This document shows, in pieces, positions 54,587 through 64,000 of a stretch of DNA of 64,000 nucleotides. The DNA lies in the IMG/VR virus record IMGVR_UViG_3300027833_000001, positions 64,001-128,000 of that record; one strand, 5' to 3'. The notes below the pieces were generated by a model. The model had not been told where the DNA came from. It saw only the letters and a program-made list of their open reading frames with translations, and did no database searches. Position 1 is the first letter of the stretch, and every line of letters starts with the position of its first letter. The stretch is from a virus. Made by a program: the position numbers and the translations under genes.

Positions 54587-55590
54587 TGTTTAAAGATAAA
54601 CAGTTTTATCATTCTACAACGAAGAAAGCAATTATTGCATTCGGCACAATCTTTAGTAACATACAGATTGAAAGAAAAAACTCTGCTGGTGAAATAGCAC
54701 AGTCAATAAGAGTACCACTTGCGTATTCACCAAAGCAAAAGTTTTTAGCTAGGATAGCGGCAATACCAGATACCGAGAGTCGTGGTGAAGTTGCTATTAC
54801 TTTGCCTAGACTTGGCTTTGAGATTACTGGTATTTCATATGATCCAAACAGAAAGATTTCACCAATAAACAAAAACGTAGCATTGCATACAGATAGTACA
54901 CTTACAGCAAGAACCAGTTTTGTATCTACACCATATGACTTAAATCTTACCCTGTACTCTTTCGCAAAGAATCAAGATGATGCCTTGCAGATAGCAGAAC
55001 AGATAATGCCACATTTTAATCCAGACTTTAATATCACAGTTAATGATTTACCTGAAATGGGTATCAAAAGAGATATTAAAATAAACTTGGACAGCATTGC
55101 ATATGAAGATAATTATGAAGGTTCATATGCTGGAGACAGACAGAGTATTATATGGTCTTTTAATTTCACGATGAAGTTAAACTACTACGGCTTTGTGAGT
55201 ACACAAGGTATGATAAGAAAAGCAATTGCGTCTACTTGGCAGAATCCAGAACTACTAGGAGAGTATGTCAAGCAAACATATTCAGTAGAGAACGTAAAAG
55301 CAACAGCAACAGCGACAGTTTCAAGTGGTGCAGTAAATGCTGTTAATTTGGTGTATAGCGGTGATAAGTACACTTATGCACCCAATGTAACATTCTCTAC
55401 AGGCACCGCAAGAGCAACAGCAGTTCTTGGTACTGATGGCAAGATTAAATCTATAACAGTTACTAATGGTGGTACTGGATATAGTACTGCTCCCACAGTA
55501 GATATTGAAGCGCCAGAAGGATATCAAGAGTTCCCTGGTCCAGCAGATGCATATAGATTCGTGGAAGAGTTTGAACAGGAATTTTCATAA
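54586..55590 (+). CDS. gp15: Tail sheath stabiliser gp15 with C-terminal GSGY domain
   Basis: FYH...KAII.FGT.F, VPLAY.PKQKFL, LPR.GFEI, DALQI.EQI.P.F.P. Confidence 0.93.
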   Translation: MFKDKQFYHSTTKKAIIAFGTIFSNIQIERKNSAGEIAQSIRVPLAYSPKQKFLARIAAIPDTESRGEVAITLPRLGFEITGISYDPNRKISPINKNVALHTDSTLTARTSFVSTPYDLNLTLYSFAKNQDDALQIAEQIMPHFNPDFNITVNDLPEMGIKRDIKINLDSIAYEDNYEGSYAGDRQSIIWSFNFTMKLNYYGFVSTQGMIRKAIASTWQNPELLGEYVKQTYSVENVKATATATVSSGAVNAVNLVYSGDKYTYAPNVTFSTGTARATAVLGTDGKIKSITVTNGGTGYSTAPTVDIEAPEGYQEFPGPADAYRFVEEFEQEFS

Positions 55591-56033
55591 TGACAAACAA
55601 AGTATTCGATGCTCTGGATAAAACTTTTCAAGTTTCCCAGACAAAAACAGAAGAACTAAAGACGCCTGCAATAGTGCAGACTGCTATAGATTCAACAGTT
55701 GCAAGTGATTTTGAGGAAGCAAGACAAGCACTCAAGAGATCAATGTCGTATAACGAAGAGGCTATACAAGGCATATTAAGCATAGCACAGAACAGCGACA
55801 ACCCTAGAGCATTTGAAGTTGCAGGACAGCTAATCAAATCTATGGCTGAAGGTGCAAAAGATATTATGGAAGTACAAAGAACGAAGCAAACAATTGATAA
55901 AGTAAATGGTAACATTGATACTAGTAATGTTACGAATAATAATCTTTTTGTTGGCAGTACCTCTGAACTTCTTAAAATGATTAACAAACAGAAAGAAGAT
56001 CAAGAAAAATTGGTGAGTAATGGCTCTGATTGA
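55590..56033 (+). CDS. gp16: Terminase small subunit gp16
   Basis: DFE.AR, NPRAFEVAGQLIK, NNNLFVGSTSELLK. Confidence 0.93.
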   Translation: MTNKVFDALDKTFQVSQTKTEELKTPAIVQTAIDSTVASDFEEARQALKRSMSYNEEAIQGILSIAQNSDNPRAFEVAGQLIKSMAEGAKDIMEVQRTKQTIDKVNGNIDTSNVTNNNLFVGSTSELLKMINKQKEDQEKLVSNGSD

Positions 56034-57654
56034 AACTTCATATCATGGTAATCCAAACCTAAAACCAGTAGGATATCAACACGATTTTACTCCTGAACAA
56101 ATTGAAGAGTATTTGAAGTGTAAAGATGATGTAATTTACTTTATCGAAAACTACTGCAAAATTGTCACACTAGATTCTGGATTGCAACCCTTCAAACTTT
56201 ACGAATGTCAAAAGCGAAAAGTAGAGTTTATCATGGAAGAGCGTAAAGCTATTCTTATGGAAGGCAGACAGCAAGGTAAAACAATTACAGCCGCAGCCTG
56301 CATACTACATTATAGTATATTTAATGATAGTAAAACAGTTGCTATTATGGCAAACAAGACTTCGGCTGCCCGAGAAGTTCTATCCCGTTATCAAATCATG
56401 TACGAACATCTACCTATATGGATGCAACAAGGTGTTAAGACTTGGAACAAAGGTAACGTAGACTTAGAGAATGGATCAGTAATATTCACAGCCGCAACAA
56501 CAGCCTCTGGTATTCGTGGTAAATCTGTAAACTGGTTGTACATCGATGAGGCTGCCATCATACCAAACAACGTAGCAGATGAATTTTTCACTTCAGTTTA
56601 TCCTACCATTTCTGCTGGTGAGACTACAAAGATTCTACTTACTTCTACACCACTTGGATACAATCACTTCTGGAAATTTTGGAATGAGTCTAAGAAAGGA
56701 TTAAATGGATTCAAGAGTATGTTTGTACCATACTCAGAGATTCCAGGAAGAGATGAGAAATGGGCAGAAGAACAATTTAAACTATTGGGTGAATTAAAGT
56801 TTAACCAAGAAGTTTTATGTGATTTTCTAGGGTCATCTAACACATTGATTAGTGGTAAAGCATTAGGAATGATGTCATCATATGACCCAGAATATACAAA
56901 AGATGGATTAGACATATATGAAGAACCTCAAAAGGATAAATACTATGTTGTAATAGTGGACACTTCTAGAGGCATAGGAGGTGACTATAGTGCATTTACA
57001 ATGATGGATATAACTGAAATGCCATTTAAAGTAGTGGGTAAGTATCGAAACAATCAGATATCACCACTATTATATCCCAATATAATTGGTAAAGTAGCAT
57101 CGGACTTCAATGATGCATACGTCTTAATAGAAACAAATGACATTGGACAACAAGTATCAGATATACTTCACCAAGAATTAGAATATGAAAATATATTTAG
57201 CACAGTTTCAGAGAATAACAAACAATATGTTTCTCCTGGATTCGGAAAGAAAAGCGCATTAGGAGTACGAACAACCAAATCAGTTAAACGACAAGGTTGT
57301 TTTGCACTTAAAGCATTAATAGAAGAACAAAAACTATTGATTTTCGATGCCGACTGTATTAGTGAATTATCTACATTCGTAGAGAAAGGCGGTACCTTTG
57401 TTGCAGATGAAGGATACCATGATGATTTAGCCATGACCTTAGTGTTATTTGCGTGGCTTAGTACGAATACATTCTTTAAAGACTTGACCAACGTTGATAT
57501 GAGACAGAATTTATACAATTCAGAGATGAGAACAATAGAAAGAGACTTAACACCATTCGGTGTTATAGACGATGGTCAACGAGAAGAAGTATTTGTAGCA
57601 AGTGGTGATGTATGGATGTGGGCAGACGAGAAAGAGAAATACGAATTATTATAA
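56020..57654 (+). CDS. gp17: Terminase large subunit gp17
   Basis: Y.GNPNLK, RQQGKT (Walker A), YIDEAA (Walker B), STPLG.NHF, D.SRG.GGDYS, HDDL.M.LV.F.W. Confidence 0.97.
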   Translation: MALIETSYHGNPNLKPVGYQHDFTPEQIEEYLKCKDDVIYFIENYCKIVTLDSGLQPFKLYECQKRKVEFIMEERKAILMEGRQQGKTITAAACILHYSIFNDSKTVAIMANKTSAAREVLSRYQIMYEHLPIWMQQGVKTWNKGNVDLENGSVIFTAATTASGIRGKSVNWLYIDEAAIIPNNVADEFFTSVYPTISAGETTKILLTSTPLGYNHFWKFWNESKKGLNGFKSMFVPYSEIPGRDEKWAEEQFKLLGELKFNQEVLCDFLGSSNTLISGKALGMMSSYDPEYTKDGLDIYEEPQKDKYYVVIVDTSRGIGGDYSAFTMMDITEMPFKVVGKYRNNQISPLLYPNIIGKVASDFNDAYVLIETNDIGQQVSDILHQELEYENIFSTVSENNKQYVSPGFGKKSALGVRTTKSVKRQGCFALKALIEEQKLLIFDADCISELSTFVEKGGTFVADEGYHDDLAMTLVLFAWLSTNTFFKDLTNVDMRQNLYNSEMRTIERDLTPFGVIDDGQREEVFVASGDVWMWADEKEKYELL

Positions 57655-57657
57655 ATA
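57650..57657 (+). promoter_or_regulatory. T4 late promoter for gp18
   Basis: TATAAATA. Confidence 0.85.
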
Positions 57658-57718
57658 ATTCATAGGAACAGTAACGTACATTACACGATAACCGTAATTT
57701 AACATCGAGGAGAATAAC

Positions 57719-59638
57719 ATGGCTTTTCAGCTATCACCAGGAGTTCAGGTCAGAGAACAAGACTTGACTAATGTTGTTCCCGCAGTTGCAACCACAATTG
57801 GTGCGATTGTAGGAGACTTTAGTTGGGGTCCTGCCCATCAAATACAAAACGTAGACTCGGAAAACAATTTAGCAGAAATGTTTGGGAAACCAACAACAAG
57901 TAATTTCATAGACTTTATGACTGCTTCATCATTTTTAGCATATGGGTCTAACTGCTTAACAGTCAGAGAAGTTGGTACTGCCGCAAGAAATGCGACTGCC
58001 GATGCATCTGGTTTACTAATAAAAAACAGAGAGATTTTTAACGAATCTTATGGTAATGGAGAAGCTAGTGTAGGAGTTTGGGCAGCCAAATATCCTGGAA
58101 CATTAGGCAACTCTTTAAAAGTCTCAATGGCAGACTTAACTTCTACCACAAACACTTCAGTTGCATCTATTGCAGTGACAGCAGGAGGTTCTGGTTATAC
58201 TTCAGCACCAACAGTCACAGTAGCTAATCCAGATACTGGTACTACAGTTGCAACAGCAACAGCAACAGTATCGGGTGGAGCAATCACTGCTATCAGTGTA
58301 CCGTTTGGTGGAGTTGGATACACTTCAGTACCTACAATCACTATTTCAGGTGGGGGCGGTTCTGGTGGAACAGCAACAGCAACTCTATCTACTGCTTGGA
58401 CTTACGCAAATCAATTTGATAACGTACCAACCACTACTTCTTGGGGTACTAGATCAGGTACTACAGTAGATGAATTGCACGTTATCGTAGTTGACGAAGA
58501 CGGATCAATTACAGGTGTAGCTGGAACAGTCTTAGAAAAGTTTGCAGGATTATCTAAAGCATCCGATGCTAAAGATGATGTCAATCAGTCCAACTACTGG
58601 AAAAAAGTTATCAATGACAGATCCAAATGGATATGGGTCATGGATAATCCAACAGAAGGAACAGATTGGGGTACTTCAGCCGCAGGTAATGTCGGATTCG
58701 ATACACTAACAGCAGGTGTTGCAGATCAAGAAGTTTCACTATCTGGTGGAGTATTAGCCGCACCAGCAACCGCAGACTTACAATCTGGTTACTTAATGTT
58801 TGACAATGACGAATTAATTGACGTATCGTTAATTATGACTTCGGGTCATGCTCTTGCAGTTTCAGACTATGCAATCGATAACATTGCAGAGATCAGAAAA
58901 GACTGTATGGTATTTGTATCTCCAGAAAGAGATTCAGTTGTTAATAATTCTGGATCAGAAGTAACTGCAATCGTTGCTGATAGAAGTGCATTAACACGCA
59001 GTTCATTCGCTGTCATGGACAGTGGGTGGAAGTATATGTATGACAAGTACAACGACCAGTATGTTTACGTACCACTTAATGGTGACGTAGCTGGTGCTTG
59101 TGTTACTTCAGATAACGCAAATGATCCTTGGTTCTCACCTGCAGGTTATGCCCGCGGAGTAATTAAGAACGCTGTTAAACTTGCATTCTCTCCTAAGAAA
59201 GTTGATAGAGATGAGTTATACAGACAAGGTATTAACCCAGTAGTTGGATTCCCTGGAAACGGTATTGTACTCTTCGGAGACAAAACTTTGCTAGACAAAC
59301 CTTCTGCATTTAATAGAATCAATGTACGTAGACTGTTTATTGTATTAGAAAAAGCAGTTGCTACAGCCGCTAAGTTCCAACTCTTTGACTTCAACGATGC
59401 TTTCACAAGAGCGCAGTTCAGATCATTAGTTGAGCCTTTCTTACGTGACGTACAAGGCAGAAGAGGGATCTATGACTTCAGAGTAGTTTGTGACGAAACA
59501 AACAACACTACTGAAACAATAGATGCAAACGAATTCAGAGCAGATATTTTCGTTAAGCCAGCAAAATCAATCAACTTCATTACGTTGACATTTGTTGCTA
59601 CACGAACTGGTATCTCTTTTGAAGAACTTGGTGCCTAA
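57719..59638 (+). CDS. gp18: Tail sheath protein gp18
   Basis: SPGVQVRE.DLT, WFSPAG..RG, RDELY..GINP, GDKT, AFNRINVRRLF, KPAKSINFITL.FVATRTG. Confidence 0.97.
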   Translation: MAFQLSPGVQVREQDLTNVVPAVATTIGAIVGDFSWGPAHQIQNVDSENNLAEMFGKPTTSNFIDFMTASSFLAYGSNCLTVREVGTAARNATADASGLLIKNREIFNESYGNGEASVGVWAAKYPGTLGNSLKVSMADLTSTTNTSVASIAVTAGGSGYTSAPTVTVANPDTGTTVATATATVSGGAITAISVPFGGVGYTSVPTITISGGGGSGGTATATLSTAWTYANQFDNVPTTTSWGTRSGTTVDELHVIVVDEDGSITGVAGTVLEKFAGLSKASDAKDDVNQSNYWKKVINDRSKWIWVMDNPTEGTDWGTSAAGNVGFDTLTAGVADQEVSLSGGVLAAPATADLQSGYLMFDNDELIDVSLIMTSGHALAVSDYAIDNIAEIRKDCMVFVSPERDSVVNNSGSEVTAIVADRSALTRSSFAVMDSGWKYMYDKYNDQYVYVPLNGDVAGACVTSDNANDPWFSPAGYARGVIKNAVKLAFSPKKVDRDELYRQGINPVVGFPGNGIVLFGDKTLLDKPSAFNRINVRRLFIVLEKAVATAAKFQLFDFNDAFTRAQFRSLVEPFLRDVQGRRGIYDFRVVCDETNNTTETIDANEFRADIFVKPAKSINFITLTFVATRTGISFEELGA

Positions 59639-59643
59639 TCCCT

Positions 59644-59651
59644 TATAAATA
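59644..59651 (+). promoter_or_regulatory. T4 late promoter for gp19
   Basis: TATAAATA. Confidence 0.85.
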
Positions 59652-59678
59652 ATAATATTCAACTAGGAGATAAATTAA

Positions 59679-60194
59679 ATGAATATTGAAGAATTTAAAG
59701 CGAGACTAGGTGCTGGCGGTGCTAGACCAAACCAGTTTCGGGTTTCTCTTGCTTTCCCGAGTTATGTGTCTGGTGTTGATCCATCATACAGTCTTCTCGT
59801 TACGGGCGCGGCATTGCCAGCTTCTAACGTAAATCCCGCAATCATTCAGTATCGAGGTCGTGAGATCAAGATGGCTGGAGAAAGAATCTTTGATCCATGG
59901 ACTATTACAGTAGTCAATGATTCAGGTTTCTCTTTGCGTAAACCATTTGAGACATGGATGAACGGTCTTAATGATCGTGAAACCAACGAAGGTGTTCTCA
60001 ATCCAAGAGACTATCAAGCAGACTTAACAGTTGAACATCTTGATAGAAATGATGCAGTTCTAAATGGTGGTACTTATACTCTCAGAAATGCATTCCCAAT
60101 ACAGATGTCAGAAATTGCACTACAGTATGCACAGAACGATATCTTTGAAGAATTTACTGTGACGTTCCAATACTTACACTACGATGTAAAATAG
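59679..60194 (+). CDS. gp19: Tail tube protein gp19
   Basis: GGARPNQF.V, ALPAS, YRGR.IK.AGER.FDPWT.TV.ND, FP..MSEI.L, EEFTVTFQY. Confidence 0.96.
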   Translation: MNIEEFKARLGAGGARPNQFRVSLAFPSYVSGVDPSYSLLVTGAALPASNVNPAIIQYRGREIKMAGERIFDPWTITVVNDSGFSLRKPFETWMNGLNDRETNEGVLNPRDYQADLTVEHLDRNDAVLNGGTYTLRNAFPIQMSEIALQYAQNDIFEEFTVTFQYLHYDVK

Positions 60195-60218
60195 AGTTGG
60201 ACATAGGATTATTATAAT

Positions 60219-61790
60219 ATGGAATTATTTGGGTTTGAAATAAACCGGAAGAAGGCGCTAAAGACAGAGAAATCTTTTGTCGCGCCTGATTCGGACGGTG
60301 CTTTAGAAAGCATCCAAGCAGGTGGCTATTTTGGTACATACTTTGACGTTGAAGGTGTAGCAAATAACGAAGCCGAACTTATTAAGAAGTATCGTGACAT
60401 ATCAATGATGGCAGATGTTGATTCAGCTATTGAAGATATCGTCAACGATTCAATAAGTAATATGGACAATGAGAAACCTTTAGGATTAAATCTAGAGAAT
60501 CTCAAAATGTCTGCAACAATAAAGAAAGCAATACAAGTTGAATTTGATAACATTGTTTCTTTAATGGACTTCAACGATAAAGCACAAGATTACTTTAGAC
60601 GTTGGTATGTTGATGGTAGAATTTACTTTCATAAAGTTATTGATACTGCAAAACCAAAAGAAGGTATCAAAGACATAAGATATATTGATCCTAGAAAGAT
60701 CAAAAAAGTACGGAAAGTAAACAAAGAGAAAGATAAGAATGGTGTTGCTCTTATTACTAATATTGATGAACATTTTATATTTGATGACAAAGGACTAGCT
60801 ACTAAGTCTGGACAATATAAAGCGGGTAATGCTCAAGACAAAGCAATCAAGATAAGCAAAGACGCTATCACATATTGTACCTCAGGCTTGATGGACATGG
60901 ATAAACTGATCCCTGTCTCATATGTGCATAAAGCAATAAGACCTGCGAATCAACTTAGAATGATGGAAAATGCTGTAGTTATCTATCGTATTACTAGAGC
61001 ACCAGAAAGACGAATCTTTTATATAGATGTCGGCAATTTACCTACTGGTAAAGCAGAACAATATCTAAAAGACATTATGGAAAGATATCGTAATAAATTA
61101 GTATATGATGCTGGCACGGGTGAAATCAGAGATGATAAGAAGTTTATGTCAATGCTTGAAGACTTTTGGCTCCCACGGAAAGAGGGTGGTAGAGGCACAG
61201 AGATTCAAACATTACCAGGTGGACAAAATCTAGGACAGATAGAAGACGTTGAATACTTTCAGCGCAAACTTTATCAGGCACTAAATGTGCCACTGTCTAG
61301 ACTAGAGCAACAAGCTGGATTAAATTTTGGTAGAAGTGCAGAGATTACAAGAGATGAACTTAAATTTACTAAGTTTATTTCAAAGCTAAGAAGAAGATTC
61401 TCAGGAGTCTTCCACGATCTACTCAAGACTCAGTTGGTACTCAAGGGTGTCATAGCTGAGTCTGAATGGGATGATATTAAAGATGACTTGATGTACGATT
61501 ATGCAAGTGATGTTTACTACACAGAGTCTAAAGAACAAGAGATTCTACGTAGTCGTATTGAAGTACTCAATGGTGTTGCTCCGTTTATGGGACAATTATA
61601 CAGTAAGAGATATGTGCAGACTAAGATTCTACGCCTTACTGATGAAGAGATTGAGACAATCGATAAAGAGATCGGTGAAGCAGACGAAGGTGAGCATCTA
61701 GTTGGCGATGCCGCTGAAGCAGAAAGAGATAGACAACACCAGATTGCAATGTCGCAAGATGATGAAGAACAACCAAATGGAGAAGAGTGA
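60219..61790 (+). CDS. gp20: Portal protein gp20
   Basis: LFGFEI, FRRWYVDGR, YRITRAPERRIFYIDVGNLP..KAEQY, EDFWLPR.EGGRGTEI.TLPGG, ITRDELKF. Confidence 0.98.
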   Translation: MELFGFEINRKKALKTEKSFVAPDSDGALESIQAGGYFGTYFDVEGVANNEAELIKKYRDISMMADVDSAIEDIVNDSISNMDNEKPLGLNLENLKMSATIKKAIQVEFDNIVSLMDFNDKAQDYFRRWYVDGRIYFHKVIDTAKPKEGIKDIRYIDPRKIKKVRKVNKEKDKNGVALITNIDEHFIFDDKGLATKSGQYKAGNAQDKAIKISKDAITYCTSGLMDMDKLIPVSYVHKAIRPANQLRMMENAVVIYRITRAPERRIFYIDVGNLPTGKAEQYLKDIMERYRNKLVYDAGTGEIRDDKKFMSMLEDFWLPRKEGGRGTEIQTLPGGQNLGQIEDVEYFQRKLYQALNVPLSRLEQQAGLNFGRSAEITRDELKFTKFISKLRRRFSGVFHDLLKTQLVLKGVIAESEWDDIKDDLMYDYASDVYYTESKEQEILRSRIEVLNGVAPFMGQLYSKRYVQTKILRLTDEEIETIDKEIGEADEGEHLVGDAAEAERDRQHQIAMSQDDEEQPNGEE

Positions 61791-62062
61791 TGTCAGATAT
61801 TGAAGTAGAAGTGAATGATAAGGTTGAAACAGATAACATAGTCCGTCAGATGATGGACAAAATGGCATCTGGTGACACAACTGGTGCGGCAGACGATTTT
61901 AATGTTGCAATGGGACAAAGAGTAGGCGATGCTTTAGCCACTAGAAAACAAGAAGTGGCAGATACAGTATTCAACACTACCCCAGAAATGGAAAAAATGG
62001 GACTTGTAGCAGGTGCTGATGAGTCCATAGAAACAAATGGAGAGACAGATGAAGACGTTTAG
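61790..62062 (+). CDS. Prohead core protein (gp67-like)
   Basis: Small acidic ORF directly after gp20; A...F...M..RV.DAL..RK.EVA...F. Confidence 0.65.
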   Translation: MSDIEVEVNDKVETDNIVRQMMDKMASGDTTGAADDFNVAMGQRVGDALATRKQEVADTVFNTTPEMEKMGLVAGADESIETNGETDEDV

Positions 62063-62399
62063 GCAGTTTCAAGAAGAAGCTAAACCGGTAAAGAAGCCCA
62101 CAAAATCAGACCCAACTGCTAATCATCCAGCAGAAGACGGTGATGAAGGCGATACTACCCCACCTAAACAAGGCTCATCAACAGATCCAAAATTGACACA
62201 TAATTGTGCAATGAAAGTATTGCATAAAGAACATGGTGAAGGGCGACCACTTCACTCTGAACACGCTATACCGAGCGCAGATGGTGACATTGCATGGTAT
62301 AAAGTAATGTTCGAACACGGAATTGAAACTTGTGATACAGTAGACCTTGATGTTTTATTAACGGAGTCGCATTCCAATCACAAGAAAAAAGGCTATTAG
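62049..62399 (+). CDS. Putative internal head protein with capsid-targeting-like N-terminus and His-rich domain
   Basis: GGAG RBS before ATG 62049; starts MKTFRQFQEE; HNCA..V.H..HG.G...HSEH..P...G.IAWY.V.FEHG.E...SH.NH. Confidence 0.6.
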   Translation: MKTFRQFQEEAKPVKKPTKSDPTANHPAEDGDEGDTTPPKQGSSTDPKLTHNCAMKVLHKEHGEGRPLHSEHAIPSADGDIAWYKVMFEHGIETCDTVDLDVLLTESHSNHKKKGY

Positions 62400-62408
62400 G
62401 AGAATTAA

Positions 62409-62795
62409 ATGGCGGTCACAGTAGACGTTTTAAAATTAACTCAAGTTCAAGGCGTAGTAGCCGTTAGTGGAACTGGCGCGGCAGGTACCATCGCTCTTGC
62501 AACTACTCTAAAGAAATCAACCGAAACACAATCGACACCAATAGCTAATATTAGATCCATTAAGTGGACATTAGCTGCCGCTGGTGTTGCGACTGTTACG
62601 AGAAACAGTAAAGTTCTTTATGATCTAGATAAGTCTGGTGAGATTGAGTTTAACGGCTTCTCTGATATTAGAGAAAATGGCTCTGATATAGTAGTGACAC
62701 TATCAGGTGGATCAGGTACAGTAATCGTTGAAACAACAAAAGTAAGTGGTTATGGATCACAACAGCATCAAGGTGCAGATGGGAGTCTAGGTTAA
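62409..62795 (+). CDS. Hypothetical head-associated protein
   Basis: AGGAG RBS; between the gp67-like and gp21 genes. Confidence 0.65.
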   Translation: MAVTVDVLKLTQVQGVVAVSGTGAAGTIALATTLKKSTETQSTPIANIRSIKWTLAAAGVATVTRNSKVLYDLDKSGEIEFNGFSDIRENGSDIVVTLSGGSGTVIVETTKVSGYGSQQHQGADGSLG

Positions 62796-63448
62796 TGAAA
62801 CTAATTACAGAAACAGTTGAAGATGTCAAGTACATCGTAGAAGAGAAAGATGGCAAAAAATCAATGTTTATTGAGGGTGTCTTTCTTCAGTCAGAATTAA
62901 AAAATAGAAACGGTAGGATGTACCCCAAAGAAATCATGCAACGAGAAGTTGCTAGGTACACCAAAGAAAACATCGATACTAAGAGAGCAATGGGCGAACT
63001 TGGTCATCCTGATGGACCTACTGTCAATCTAGACCGTGTGTCACATCTTATTACTTCACTAAAAGAAGATGGCAATAACTATATCGGTAGAGCAAAAATT
63101 CTTGATACACCAATGGGCAACATTGCAAGAAACCTCATAGAAGAGGGCGCACAATTAGGAGTGAGTTCACGTGGACTTGGATCACTAAAAGAGCGCAACG
63201 GTATCAATGAAGTACAGGACGATTTCATGCTGTCTACCGCCGCAGATATAGTTTCTGATCCTTCAGCACCAGATGCATTCGTAAGAGGCATCATGGAGAA
63301 TAGAGAATGGATTATGGAGAACGGTTGTTGGCGCGAAAGGGAAGTAGACATGGCAAAGGCTTTTATACATAAGACTTCTGCCCGTGAACTGGAAGAAGCA
63401 AAACTAGTTGTCTTTGAATCGTTTATGAAACGACTTTCGAAAATCTAA
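62795..63448 (+). CDS. gp21: Prohead protease gp21
   Basis: MKLITE, IEG.FLQ...KNRNGR.YP, GELGHP.GP..NLDRVSH, LGVSSRG.GSL, AADIVSDPSAPDAFV.GIME. Confidence 0.97.
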   Translation: MKLITETVEDVKYIVEEKDGKKSMFIEGVFLQSELKNRNGRMYPKEIMQREVARYTKENIDTKRAMGELGHPDGPTVNLDRVSHLITSLKEDGNNYIGRAKILDTPMGNIARNLIEEGAQLGVSSRGLGSLKERNGINEVQDDFMLSTAADIVSDPSAPDAFVRGIMENREWIMENGCWREREVDMAKAFIHKTSARELEEAKLVVFESFMKRLSKI

Positions 63449-63453
63449 CTTTT

Positions 63454-63461
63454 TATAAATA
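63454..63461 (+). promoter_or_regulatory. T4 late promoter for gp22
   Basis: TATAAATA. Confidence 0.85.
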
Positions 63462-63497
63462 TTATCAGAAACATAATCCTAAAAGGAGATCAGTAAC

Positions 63498-64000
63498 ATG
63501 AGTGTAGAAAATAAGATCAGAGAGTTTCTTGCGAAGGGTTCAGCCCTTAGTGAAGAACTCCAAGAACTGGATGAGAAGGCAGACAACCTTTCTCCCAATA
63601 GTAAACCAGGTGATTCATCTGCCCCTACTCAGGGTAGTTCAGATGCTAATCCTGAAAAAGACGATTTAAGTGGAACTAACAACAAGGAAGGTGGTTTAAC
63701 TGCTGAAGTTGGTAAAGCCGCATCTGCTAAAGCGAAGAAAGATGGAACATTACCTAAGGGTAATGGTGCTAAAGAAGCTCCTTCTAACTTTGAAAACGAA
63801 GAAAACACAGAAGCCTCTGTAAACAATAGTTCATCACAAGGCGTAGTCGCACAAGAAGAAGTAGCATCTGAAGAAGAAGTTATCTCTGAAGACGAAGGCA
63901 CTGAAGAAGAATTGGAAGTTGTTTCCGAGACTGAAGAAGTTGTAGCAGAAGACGACCAAGAAGTTGTGTCTGAAGATGAAAGTCTTTTCAGTCAAGACAT
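63498..64000 (+). CDS. gp22: Prohead scaffold gp22, 3'-truncated by the window edge
   Basis: AAGGAG RBS; open frame MSVENKIREFL... to the window end; very acidic with many [LIV]-x-E gp21-type sites; follows gp21. Confidence 0.8.
   Translation, partial: MSVENKIREFLAKGSALSEELQELDEKADNLSPNSKPGDSSAPTQGSSDANPEKDDLSGTNNKEGGLTAEVGKAASAKAKKDGTLPKGNGAKEAPSNFENEENTEASVNNSSSQGVVAQEEVASEEEVISEDEGTEEELEVVSETEEVVAEDDQEVVSEDESLFSQD

Noticed and set aside
56020-61790. Introns, inteins or homing endonucleases in terminase, sheath or portal genes
   Set aside because: ORFs are continuous and of normal length, with no intein or HNH/GIY-YIG/LAGLIDADG motifs seen.
171-63901. Many 60-140 aa ORFs antisense to or nested in the main genes
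   Set aside because: Shadow frames of codon-biased genes with no RBS or recognisable motifs.

Overview
AT-rich, densely coding 64 kb segment of a large T4-like myovirus, probably marine and probably infecting a proteobacterium. The left ~14 kb has a sugar/carbamoyl-modification island, phoH, a Cas4-like exonuclease, a circularly permuted two-piece tmRNA gene (tag ANDEVFALAA), a SleB-type wall hydrolase, gp33-gp59-gp32 and a B12 radical SAM gene. The rest is the virion module: tape-measure candidate, gp51/gp26/gp54, gp4, gp2, gp48, gp53, gp5, gp25, PAAR, gp6, gp7, gp8, a 2149-aa fibre, small fibre proteins, gp13-gp21 and a partial gp22. An inverted glycosyltransferase operon interrupts the fibre genes. 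Main signals: (1) the phage-encoded permuted tmRNA; (2) a T_TTT_TTC slippery site that would fuse gp26 to gp51 by -1 frameshift just upstream of the tape-measure candidate, like lambda G/GT; (3) window-wide absence of GCWGC except when it reads GCWGCC on one strand, suggesting restriction avoidance plus a context-specific DNA modification; (4) repeated short peptide motifs (YxxDYF, DGGTY, D[FWL]G) that may form a docking code for branched fibres; (5) several apparently leaderless transcripts. All assignments come from reading motifs and synteny by eye; no database searches were run.
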